Shown here: positions 30,897 to 40,483 of the stretch, in pieces
How positions within the stretch are numbered: position 1 is the first letter of the stretch
How the letters are laid out: every line of letters starts with the position of its first letter
NCBI GenBank assembly: GCA_016871535.1
Contig: VHCZ01000001.1
Location: 22,733-86,732, forward strand
Length of the DNA: 64,000 nucleotides
Origin: Verrucomicrobiota bacterium
GTDB taxonomy: Bacteria; Verrucomicrobiota; Verrucomicrobiia; Limisphaerales; SIBE01
Reading direction: 5' to 3'
Translations under genes and position numbers: made by a program
Notes under the pieces: generated by a model
The model's input: only the letters and a program-made list of their open reading frames with translations
Databases searched by the model: none
Told to the model about the DNA's origin: nothing

Positions 30897-31128
30897 CCGA
30901 GTGCTTGGTTCTGAAGCCAAGCAGTACCGCTTCCGGGAGGGAACTGCCCGCGCCCAGGTTCAACAACCGCCCTTATCGTCCTCTCGCCCACGGCGAGGCT
31001 TGAACCTTTAGTGGCAATCAATTGAGCGCAACATGCCGGCGAAACTTTCTTCTTTGTTTTCAAGGCGCTCTCCGTAAAACTTCATGGCATACGAATCAGT
31101 TGAACAGCTCACACAAACCCGTTTTTTT

Positions 31129-31506
31129 ATGAGAAGAATTCTCTGCTCTCTTCTGGCGGTCGTGGCCCTGGCCGGATTCCTGATCGGTTGCGGAACCCGC
31201 GGCTCGGTGGACACAAGCAAAATGGAAAAAAGTTTCCAGGGCGCCGCGTCTCAAGCGGATGTTTCAACGGCCGTCGCCGCGATCAAAGCTGCCGACTTCG
31301 CGAAAGCCGTCCCCGTGCTTCAGAAAGTGATCAAGGTTGGCGGATTGACGGACGAACAAAAGGACGCCATCTCCACCGCGATCATGGGCATGCAGATTGT
31401 CGCCTCGCAGAATCCCAACAAATACTCTGTGGAAGTCTATCAATCCTTGAGCGACCTGGTGGCCTACCTTGATGGACGCGAACCCGTCCGGCGCCCGCTC
31501 CCCTGA
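31129..31506 (+). CDS. Small lipoprotein, function unknown
   Basis: MRRILCSLLAVVALAGFLIGC lipobox. ATG 31129 is preferred over 31084. Confidence 0.6.
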   Translation: MRRILCSLLAVVALAGFLIGCGTRGSVDTSKMEKSFQGAASQADVSTAVAAIKAADFAKAVPVLQKVIKVGGLTDEQKDAISTAIMGMQIVASQNPNKYSVEVYQSLSDLVAYLDGREPVRRPLP

Positions 31507-31523
31507 CCGCGCCTCCCGGCGTT

Positions 31524-31656
31524 GGATGAGTGGATTAATGGATTGATGGATTAATGGATCGGTGGACTTGAGAGCTGTTGAGAGCTGGCTGTTCGTCGCT
31601 ACTTTGAGTGGCTACAGTAGGATTAGGAGTAAGATTAGGATTACGATTAAGAATCC
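31524..31656. repeat. Short tandem tracts (ATGGATTR units; GATTAGGA/GATTACGA units)
   Basis: GGATGAGTGGATTAATGGATTGATGGATTAATGGATCGGTGGAC (31524-31568) and GATTAGGAGTAAGATTAGGATTACGATTAAGAATCC (31621-31656) in a convergent intergenic gap. Similar GATTAGGA-type tracts lie near 53490 and at 62285-62312. Confidence 0.65.
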
Positions 31657-31712
31657 ACCTATCCAGTTATCCAACGATCCTGCTCAGTTCGCCTCCGCTC
31701 GTGAGTTGCGGG

Positions 31713-33527
31713 TCAGTTCGCCGTCTTCAGCTTCGGTTCAGGATTCAGTTCCAATTGGAAATCTTTGAACCGCACTTCCAGCGGCCCGCCCGCATGAAGT
31801 TGCAGGGCCACGATCCCGCGCGCAGCGCCGCTTGAATCGCGGAGGCTCACGCAAGGCTGTCCATTGAGCGCGGTCAATATTTGATCGCCCACGGCGACAA
31901 TCTCGTAGAGGTTCCAGTCTTCGAGCTTCGCAAACTTATCGCCGGGCTTGTCCCAGAGAAGGGCGCGCCCGTGCTCTTCGTAGAGCTTTCCCCACCACGC
32001 GGCGCCGATGTCCGCCTGATACCCCTTCACTTCGCCGTTGGGCAGCGCCTCGCTCCGAAACTGAATGCCGCTGTTCTCCTTGTTCGGCGTCAACCGGACT
32101 TTGCACACCAATCTGAAATCGCCCAGGACCATCTGGCTTTTCAGGAATTCACTCTGTTTCAGCCCGGTGGCGCTGCGGCCCACGATCTCTCCATTCTCCA
32201 CGCGCCACAGGTCCGGGTCGCCATCCCAGTTGGTGAGATCTTTGCCGTTGAAAAACAGATCCAGCGTTTCCGCGGTCGCCAAAAGCGGAACCTGGCCGGG
32301 CCGGTTGAGGTAATAAATCAAATCTCGAACTTCCTGGTCGGAAAGATTCGCGAGCAATTCTTCCGGCATCATCGAGATTTCGCCAGGCCTCAGGGATTGA
32401 ACCTCGGCGCGCGGGATGACGAGCGTTTCGTTCGCCGTCACGACCGTGATGGAACGCTCGTCCTGCCTGCTCGCGAGGCCTGTGATGATCCGCTCGTCTT
32501 TGGTCTCGACGGTTGTGGTGCGATAATCATTGGGGATCACCGCATTCGGATCGACAATGTTTTGCAGGATGTATTCGAGGTCGGCGCGGTTGGACCCGGT
32601 GAGGTCCGGGCCGATTTTTCCGCCGCTCTCGAACAACGTGTGGCATTGCGCGCAGGTTCTCGCATAGACGATTCGCCCGCGCGCCGCGTCGCCTGGCTGC
32701 GACCCGCCCGACCGATAGATCGCCTTGTACCGGTCGATCTCCTTGCGTTTGTCGCCCGTGCTTTCGCGGGCCACTCCCCACACTTTCTGCAATTCCTGAT
32801 CGATCGCCTCGTTTTTCAAGCTGCGCACCTGGCGGACAATCTCGGCGCTCAAATCCTTCGCCGGCACCGCGCCTTGGGCGACCGCAGCCAGCAAAGGTTT
32901 TGCGTAAGTCGATCGCGAAGCGAGCGTGTTAAGCGCGTCTCGTTTTTCGCCGGCGGTCAGGGAGGAATAGACGTCCAGAATTGCGGCGGCGGTGGCGGAG
33001 AGGTCGTAAGCCGCCAGCGCGCGCAACGCCGAGCTGCGCAGGCTCGCGTCTTTCAGCAGAGCCAGAAGGATCGTGGGGATCTCGGCATCGCGCGCGCCTT
33101 GCAGCATGTCCAGCGCAGCACGGCGCGTGGCCAGATCCGCGCCAGGATTTTTCAGCGCTTGGCGGAGCGACTCGATGGCTTGAGGGCTGCCGAATTGAAC
33201 CGAAAGGATCTGGGTGTGCGAGCGGACTTCCGGATTCGCGCTTTCGCGAAGCCTGGGTTCAACGGCTTCCCAGCCTTTGGGCATCGTCACATTGCGACGG
33301 CCTTTCAAGCCCTCGACCAGGCCTTTCAAGATATCGAGTTGGAATTGCGGGTCCTCGGTCTGGCTCAACACCTCGACCAGTGCGGGCAAGGGATCGGCGT
33401 CCGCGGCATTCCCGACGGACGTTTGCGCGCGAGCACAAAGGTTCCACAAGAGCAGCAGCCCCGTCGCGGCCAGCGTCAGGGAGATCCGCCTTTTCAGTGA
33501 CTGGTTGACCGATTGGTTCGCTTTCAT
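31713..33527 (-). CDS. Secreted HEAT-repeat / cytochrome c (CxxCH) / DUF1080 protein
   Basis: Signal peptide, HEAT-like repeats, the CAQCH heme site and a C-terminal DUF1080-type domain (LFNGKDLTNWDG, GNSGIQFRS, VALQLHAGGPLEVRFKDFQL). Confidence 0.85.
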   Translation of the reverse strand: MKANQSVNQSLKRRISLTLAATGLLLLWNLCARAQTSVGNAADADPLPALVEVLSQTEDPQFQLDILKGLVEGLKGRRNVTMPKGWEAVEPRLRESANPEVRSHTQILSVQFGSPQAIESLRQALKNPGADLATRRAALDMLQGARDAEIPTILLALLKDASLRSSALRALAAYDLSATAAAILDVYSSLTAGEKRDALNTLASRSTYAKPLLAAVAQGAVPAKDLSAEIVRQVRSLKNEAIDQELQKVWGVARESTGDKRKEIDRYKAIYRSGGSQPGDAARGRIVYARTCAQCHTLFESGGKIGPDLTGSNRADLEYILQNIVDPNAVIPNDYRTTTVETKDERIITGLASRQDERSITVVTANETLVIPRAEVQSLRPGEISMMPEELLANLSDQEVRDLIYYLNRPGQVPLLATAETLDLFFNGKDLTNWDGDPDLWRVENGEIVGRSATGLKQSEFLKSQMVLGDFRLVCKVRLTPNKENSGIQFRSEALPNGEVKGYQADIGAAWWGKLYEEHGRALLWDKPGDKFAKLEDWNLYEIVAVGDQILTALNGQPCVSLRDSSGAARGIVALQLHAGGPLEVRFKDFQLELNPEPKLKTAN

Positions 33528-33649
33528 AGTTCGCCCGTGAAATCAGGCGTGAAGTTTCGCGGTCCAGCCTCCGCGGAAGCAAGAAAACTTTTTCGGATCT
33601 CCTGTTCAATCCACGCAGGGCGTTCTTCATGAATCCAGGTCGTTGGCCG

Positions 33650-34050
33650 CGAATATACTTGAGCCGCCGGATACACAGAAGTGGGGTGTCACACTGACTC
33701 TTGGGGAAGTCAAACCCCATAGGCTCAAGTCCAGACTGTTGCACCTCCAGGAGCGCTCCATGCTCGATGCGCAAGGCGCTGACGGCGGTATCCACCGCGT
33801 CCTCCATCAGCAGCAAGGGATCGATTCCCGCCAGGGCGATCTTGCTGAACTCGGCGATAGCCGCCTGCAACCGGGCCAGGACGAGAAGCTCTTCCTCCGT
33901 CTGTTTGCGTTCCGTGATGTCGCGGTAATTGGCGACGAACTGAGGTGGTTGTTCGACCGAGTCTTCCCCAACTTCAGATGCCGCTGCTTTTACATCCAAG
34001 GCAATCGCGACAGGTTGGTGAAGGAACAAAGTCTGGGAGTCATTCGGCAA
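33650..34050 (-). pseudogene. PAS-end / GAF-start fragment of a sensor protein
   Basis: ...FVANYRDITERKQTEEELLVLARLQAAIAEFSKIALAGIDPLLLMEDAVDTAVSALRIEHGALLEV... There is no credible start and no output domain. The ORF runs on into the neighbouring gene. Confidence 0.4.
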
Positions 34051-34149
34051 TCGGCGCAGGCATCGAAGTCACTGTGCTTGACGCTCCGCATTTGGTTATG
34101 CAACGTCAGCCTGTGCGGGCCATGGAAGCCATTTTGAGATTTCTCGATC

Positions 34150-34238
34150 ACCACGGATTAAATGGATCACGCGGATAGGTCCCGGTCGGGCACAAACTTC
34201 GCCCATCTTATCCGCGCCCATCCGTGATATCCGCGGTT
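34150..34238. repeat. CACGGAT-type palindrome, copy 2
   Basis: ACCACGGATtaaATGGATcaCGCGGAT...ATCCGCGcccATCCGTGatATCCGCGGTT. Confidence 0.8.
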
Positions 34239-34263
34239 AACTCATCTCTGAGTTTCTGAGCGC

Positions 34264-35055
34264 GTGCGTGTTCAAACAAGTGTGCCGCAAATGAACCCAA
34301 AAAGGAATGTGCCAGACCGGCGTCAGGTAATGATTCTGACCGCCCTGATTGCTATGAGTGTTTACTCCAGCTCCGCTGCCGAGCCGTTTCGCCAAGTCCT
34401 TACCAGCTCCAGCCAGAACATCCACGTGGATTCGTGGGAGGCCTCCAGCGAGAAGGTCACGCCCAAAAGCGCGGCCCCGTGGTCTGTGCGCAAGCTCACC
34501 TTGCGCGGCGGCAAGCAGGAAGGTGTGGACCTCATCGTGATCAACAATGGCAAATTGGAAATTACGATCATCCCGACGCGCGGCATGGGCGTGCTCAAAG
34601 CGCAGATGGGCGACGTGCGGCTGGGGTGGGATTCGCCGGTCAAGGACGTCGTGCATCCGCAATGGATCAATTTGCAGAGCCGCGGCGGCCTGGGCTGGCT
34701 GGATGGATTCAACGAATGGCTCTGCCGGTGCGGCCTGGAAAACAACGGCGGCCCCGGTCCGGACACATTCATCAACAACATCGGCGACGAAGCCGCGATG
34801 GAACTGACGTTGCACGGCAAGATCGCCAATCTCCCGGCGCAGGAGGTCGAAGTCATCGTCGATCGCCAGCCGCCGTATCGAATCCGCGCGCGCGGCCGCG
34901 TGGACGAAAAAATGTTTTACGGCCCCAAGCTGGAGTTGGAGACGGAGATTTCGACTGAACCGGGCGCAAGTTCATTCCGGATCGCCGATCAAATCAGCGC
35001 GATTCAGGGCGCTCGCAAACCCGTCATCGATTCAGAGCCCGAACGGAAGGAGTAA
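34264..35055 (+). pseudogene. DUF4432-like (aldose-epimerase-fold) protein, probably 3'-truncated
   Basis: Blocks [44 protein letters not shown] and [13 protein letters not shown] fit the family. The ORF ends after about 215 homologous residues in a non-homologous tail, and a palindromic repeat follows at 35075. Confidence 0.4.
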
Positions 35056-35074
35056 CCTTGCCTCTCTTGAGAAA

Positions 35075-35152
35075 CCGTAGCAGCCGAGGTAACGAGGCTC
35101 TGATTTAGGCAGCGACTGGAAAAAGTGAGCCTCGTTCCCTCGGCTGCTACGG
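35075..35152. repeat. 78-bp palindrome CCGTAGCAGCCGAGG...CCTCGGCTGCTACGG
   Basis: CCGTAGCAGCCGAGGtAACGAGGCTC...GAGCCTCGTTcCCTCGGCTGCTACGG. GTAG/CTAC-bracketed. Confidence 0.8.
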
Positions 35153-35168
35153 CTTCTCAGATACGCGC

Positions 35169-36899
<1,731 letters not shown>

Positions 36900-36950
36900 A
36901 ATGATTTCGAGGCGCGGAGTCTCACTAAAAACCCGCGCGCTGGCAAGTAA

Positions 36951-37091
36951 GAGCCTGTCTGAAAAATGGGTGGAACGGGCTACCAGCCCGTGTTTGGCGG
37001 CAACCTGCCGCCAAAAGGCCCGGCGGGCTGGTAGCCCGCCGCAACAGGCCGGTGGCCTGTTCCACCCAGAAGACAATTTTCAGACAGGCTC
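36951..37091. mobile_element. MITE-D (141 bp)
   Basis: Terminal inverted repeats GAGCCTGTCTGAAAA (perfect 15 bp, weaker pairing further in). Direct TAA flanks at 36948-36950 and 37092-37094. Internal hairpins GGCTACCAGCCCG/CGGGCTGGTAGCC. It lies 52 nt upstream of the ilvD ATG. Confidence 0.8.
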
Positions 37092-37170
37092 TAAGAGCAA
37101 ATGAACGAGTGGCGGACGAGGTTCGCCATCCTCAAATTGTGCTTCTCATTCTTGCGGATTTGATGCTCCC

Positions 37171-38148
37171 TTGCCGCTGTGGCTTCGAGGCTCGAATTCG
37201 TCACAGCTTTCGAAGCAACGCCTGGCTGAAGCGCGGAAACAAGGCAAAGAAGCAGTTCGCCAGACCGGAAGGGCCGTCAGGACGCGTGGTGTTGAGGACG
37301 TGGGGGTGATCATTGACCTCCTTCTCTCTTACCGCGCCGTAGAGTGTTGGCCGGAGATGATCGATCTTGCCAAAGGCCTGGCCGGTCCGCTGGCCTCAAC
37401 CGCCATGGTTCAGGAACAACTGGCTCTGGCCCTAAATCGGGAGGGTAAGACGGAGGAGGCGGTCAAAGTCTTGGACAACCTTGTTAGACGGCACGGGATC
37501 ACAAGTGAAACGAGCGGGATTCTGGGGCGCGTGTACAAGGACGCGGCGGAAAGATACCGCCCGATCGATGAGAAGAAAGCGAGCGTGTACTTGGAGAAGG
37601 CCATTGAGTCGTATCTAAGGGGTTTTGAGTTTGACGCGAAGGATGCTTACCCAGGTATCAACGCGGTCACGCTTATGGAATTGAGAGATCAACCGAATCG
37701 TCCAAAGGATCTTATTCCAAGAATCTCGGAAGCTCTGGAGCGCCAGATTGCCTCCGGCAAGGCCGACTATTGGGATTATGCGACTCAACTCGAGATTGCG
37801 GTTCTGCTCGGAGAGGAGAAGACCGCAAAAAGCGCTCTCCAAATGGCGGTCGCCACCGATCGAGAAACCTGGGAACCCAAAAGCACGGCAAATAACCTGA
37901 ACTTGATCCGAAATGCACGACTCAGGCGAGAATTGAGATCGGCTCAAGAGGCGGCGAATGCCGCCGGTGCCGCCGCCGGCAGACAGCAAGTCCAGACAGG
38001 AGCCGGCCAAAGGGCTGCCGCGAGGAGTGCGCAAAGGGCGGAGCAGACGGCGCGTCGTGACGCTGAGCAAGCGGCGAAACAAAAGGCAGATTGGGTCGAG
38101 AAAATCGAAAAGGATCTCCTGGCTCACGCGGAATTCCTGTCCTCCTGA
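37171..38148 (+). CDS. DUF4071 (TRAFs-binding-like TPR) domain protein with Ala/Gln-rich coiled-coil tail, possibly 5'-truncated
   Basis: LLLSYRAVECWPEMIDL and SGILGRVYKDAAE...YLEKAIESYLRGFEFDAKDAYPGINAVTLMEL match the DUF4071 signature as I remember it. There is no upstream effector domain, and MITE-D lies about 80 nt upstream. Confidence 0.5.
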   Translation: MPLWLRGSNSSQLSKQRLAEARKQGKEAVRQTGRAVRTRGVEDVGVIIDLLLSYRAVECWPEMIDLAKGLAGPLASTAMVQEQLALALNREGKTEEAVKVLDNLVRRHGITSETSGILGRVYKDAAERYRPIDEKKASVYLEKAIESYLRGFEFDAKDAYPGINAVTLMELRDQPNRPKDLIPRISEALERQIASGKADYWDYATQLEIAVLLGEEKTAKSALQMAVATDRETWEPKSTANNLNLIRNARLRRELRSAQEAANAAGAAAGRQQVQTGAGQRAAARSAQRAEQTARRDAEQAAKQKADWVEKIEKDLLAHAEFLSS

Positions 38149-38222
38149 TGGGGATAATTTGCGGAGTGTCGTTGAGCGCCCGAATTGCCTTGTTCCAATT
38201 CTGATTCGCGTTCATTCCACAC

Positions 38223-38287
38223 AACCACGGATAACGCGGATAAAATAAGGAACAGAATCATCCGCGCCATCCGCGAAATCCGCGGTT
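38223..38287. repeat. CACGGAT-type palindrome, copy 3
   Basis: AACCACGGATaaCGCGGATaaa...ATCCGCGccATCCGCGaaATCCGCGGTT. Confidence 0.8.
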
Positions 38288-38320
38288 AATCCCCTCTCGA
38301 AGAAAAGTATCGCTGTAGTG

Positions 38321-38354
38321 TTAACCCATTTAACGATTTAACGTTGTAACGATT
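38321..38354. repeat. TAACGAT-type tandem tract
   Basis: TTAACCCATTTAACGATTTAACGTTGTAACGATT. Confidence 0.6.
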
Positions 38355-38380
38355 TGGCTGCGGCGTCAGCCGCGCTGGGT

Positions 38381-39646
38381 CTATTCGCGCTTTCCATGTT
38401 CGCCTGCTACATGGGCAAAAGCGTAGAAGTGGTTCTCCGTCCGCACGTAGAGAGTGTCCTCCACGATGGCGGGCGTGGCCAGGATCGGCTCGCCGAAGTT
38501 GTTTCGGGCCAGCACCTCCAGCGATTCGCCGGCGCGGTAAATCACCACCACGCCCGGCTGCGACGCCACACAGATTTTTCCATTCGCGGCCACGGGCGAG
38601 GCATAGTAATCCCCAAGGGCGCCGAGGCTTTCCTCCTGATAGGCGGCCTGACCGGTCTTCGCGTCAAAGCAAGAAACCAGCCCGCCGTTTTTCACCAGGT
38701 AAACCCGGCCTTCGTAGAACAGCGGCGTGGGGACGTAAGAGCGTGTCCGAAAATTCCGCGGGGTCCTGTTTTCGCGCCAAAGGCCGGATGGCGAGGCGCA
38801 ACGAAGGAGAATATCCTCCCTGGATCTTCGACTGAGGAGCAACGAAGCCAGGCGGCCTTTGGCGCGAAAACCCTCCGGGCGGCGGGTCTTTTGTCCGTGG
38901 CCTGCGTTGGCTCGGTCCTTACAGCCCGCGTTGGGGATGCTCGGACCTCGCCGCCTTGGCCACAGCCAAAATCCCTCGCCGCAGGACCCCGCGCAATTTT
39001 CGGACACGCTCTAAGGCAGCCCGCGCTTTTGTTTCCAGACCACGTGTGAGGCCGTGACTTCGCCGCAGCCATCCGGTCGCACGGCCAGAAGCGCATTCTC
39101 GGACCGGTCAAAAATGTTCGCGATGGATTCCCATTCCGCCTGCGTGATCCATCCATCTTTGTTGGCATCGACATAAAGGAAATGCTGTTTGGCCGGACCG
39201 GACGGCGCTTCGTCGCGGGTGAGTTGGCCGTCGTGGTTTTGATCGCCTCGCTCCAGCAACGCGGAAAATGGCGGCAGCTTGCTCACGCCCGAACCGTGCG
39301 TCCAGCCGCCCGCGAAGATCAAACCGTCTCCTGCCACGGGCGTCGCCACGATTTCATTCGGCAGGCCTCGAACGCGCCATTGTTCGGCGCCATCGCAGAG
39401 CCGATGCGCCGCGAGCCGGAGAGTGCTGGCCAGGATGATGAATTCCGGTCTCTCTCGCGGCCACAGCAACGGCGTGGCGAACCCGCGTCGGTACTCGGGA
39501 CGATCCAGCTTCCAGATCGTCTCGCCCGTTTGAGCATCCACTGCCAGCAGATAGGAGCCGACATCCTGATCGCAGGCGAGACGCCGCCAGACTGCACGGT
39601 TTGGAAATCGCGTCGCTCGCGATTGCGGAGATGAACAACATCCCAT
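38381..39646 (-). pseudogene. PQQ-like beta-propeller protein with EF-hand pair, split by MITE-A and 5'-truncated
   Basis: Upstream half: SYLLAVDAQTGETIWK, EF-hand loops GDQNHDGQLTRDE and DANKDGWITQAEW, ending ...VVWKQKRGLP. Downstream half starts YVPTPLFYEGRVYLVKNGGLVSCFDAKTGQ... The 273-bp MITE sits exactly between them. The N-terminus and signal peptide are missing. Confidence 0.8.
38739..39011. mobile_element. MITE-A copy 2 (273 bp, inverted relative to copy 1)
   Basis: Same 30-bp terminal inverted repeats. Direct TAA flanks at 38736-38738 and 39012-39014. One mismatch to copy 1 (38800 vs 17785). Confidence 0.92.
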
Positions 39647-40173
39647 TGAAGAGCGACCCGCGCGCCGCCATCTGGCTGCTCGACGCGCTCGACGTCATGC
39701 AGAAGCTTGGCGTGAAGGTGTTGCTCGTGGCCCAGTTCTACAAAGGCGACCTCAAGGGCGACGCGGCGGGCATCGACCGCACCGTGGACATTCTGAAGGA
39801 AGCCGCCCCGCGCGCCGAGAAAGCCGGAGTGATTTTGGGTCTGGAGAATTACCTGAGCGCGGAGGAAAACCTGAACATCATTCAGCGGGTCGGATCGAGA
39901 GCCGTTCAAGTTTACTACGACGTCGGCAATTCTACGGACAAAGGCTACGACATCTACAAAGAGATCCGGCTGCTCAAAGGACAGATTTGCGAGTTCCATT
40001 TCAAGGACGCCGGGTTCCTGCTCGGCCAGGGCCGAATTGATTTCGCGAAGGTTCGGGAGGCGATCGACGAGATTGGATTCTCCGGTTGGGCGCAAATCGA
40101 AGCCGCCGCGCCGAAGGACCTGGTCTCGGATTACCAGGCCGACCTCAAGTATCTGCGCAACTGCTTTTCTTGA
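39601..40173 (+). pseudogene. Xylose-isomerase-like TIM-barrel (sugar phosphate isomerase/epimerase) C-terminal fragment
   Basis: ...GVILGLENYLSAEENLNII..., VQVYYDVGNS, CEFHFKDAGFLLGQGRIDFAKVREAIDEIGFSGWAQIE. About 90 N-terminal residues are missing. The 5' end abuts the truncated beta-propeller gene. Confidence 0.6.
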
Positions 40174-40216
40174 GGTCCAACGGAGGGCAGGCTTCCAGCC
40201 TGTCGCTGAAGATCTT

Positions 40217-40326
40217 CCCATGAACCGTTCCTCCGGACCGTGGCCTTTAGGCCGCTTTAGCGCTGGCCTCCAGAGAGTGCGCGGAAGCAGCCTGAAGGCT
40301 GCGGTCCGCACGGTTTCCGGTTCATC
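40217..40326. repeat. about 110-bp palindrome, CCTTTAGGC/GCCTGAAGGC family, copy 2
   Basis: CCCATGAACCGTTCCTCCGGACCGTGGCCTTTAGGC...GCAGCCTGAAGGCTGCGGTCCGCACGGTTTCCGGTTCATCGG. It is preceded by the hairpin GGGCAGGCttccAGCCTGtC (40185-40204). Confidence 0.8.
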
Positions 40327-40409
40327 GGTAGGGCGAGCCTGTCCCAGCGAGCCGAGTCGGACGTGTTCCACGCGCGTCGAGCGGCTCGCTGGGACGGACT
40401 CGTCCTACC
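40327..40409. repeat. 83-bp GGTAGGGCGAGCC palindrome, copy 3
   Basis: GGTAGGGCGAGCCTGTCCCAGCGAGCCG...CGGCTCGCTGGGACGGACTCGTCCTACC. It directly abuts the previous repeat. Confidence 0.85.
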
Positions 40410-40483
40410 GCGTTCACGACGAGAGCAAATCAAGCGTAAGCCGGTCTGAACCGGCGAGACCCGGACAAATCGTCGCTGCTGGT

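Noticed and set aside
33259-33650. The 3' part of ORF 33259..34050 overlapping the start of the HEAT/cytochrome c gene.
   Set aside because: Only the PAS/GAF-like part (about 33650-34050) shows protein-like sequence. The rest is read-through across intergenic DNA and the antisense of a well-supported gene.
40275-40300. GGAAGCAGCC motif reminiscent of the conserved SRP (4.5S) RNA loop.
   Set aside because: It lies inside a two-copy palindromic repeat family (also GAAAGCAGCC at about 30851), without the surrounding SRP helix-8 context.
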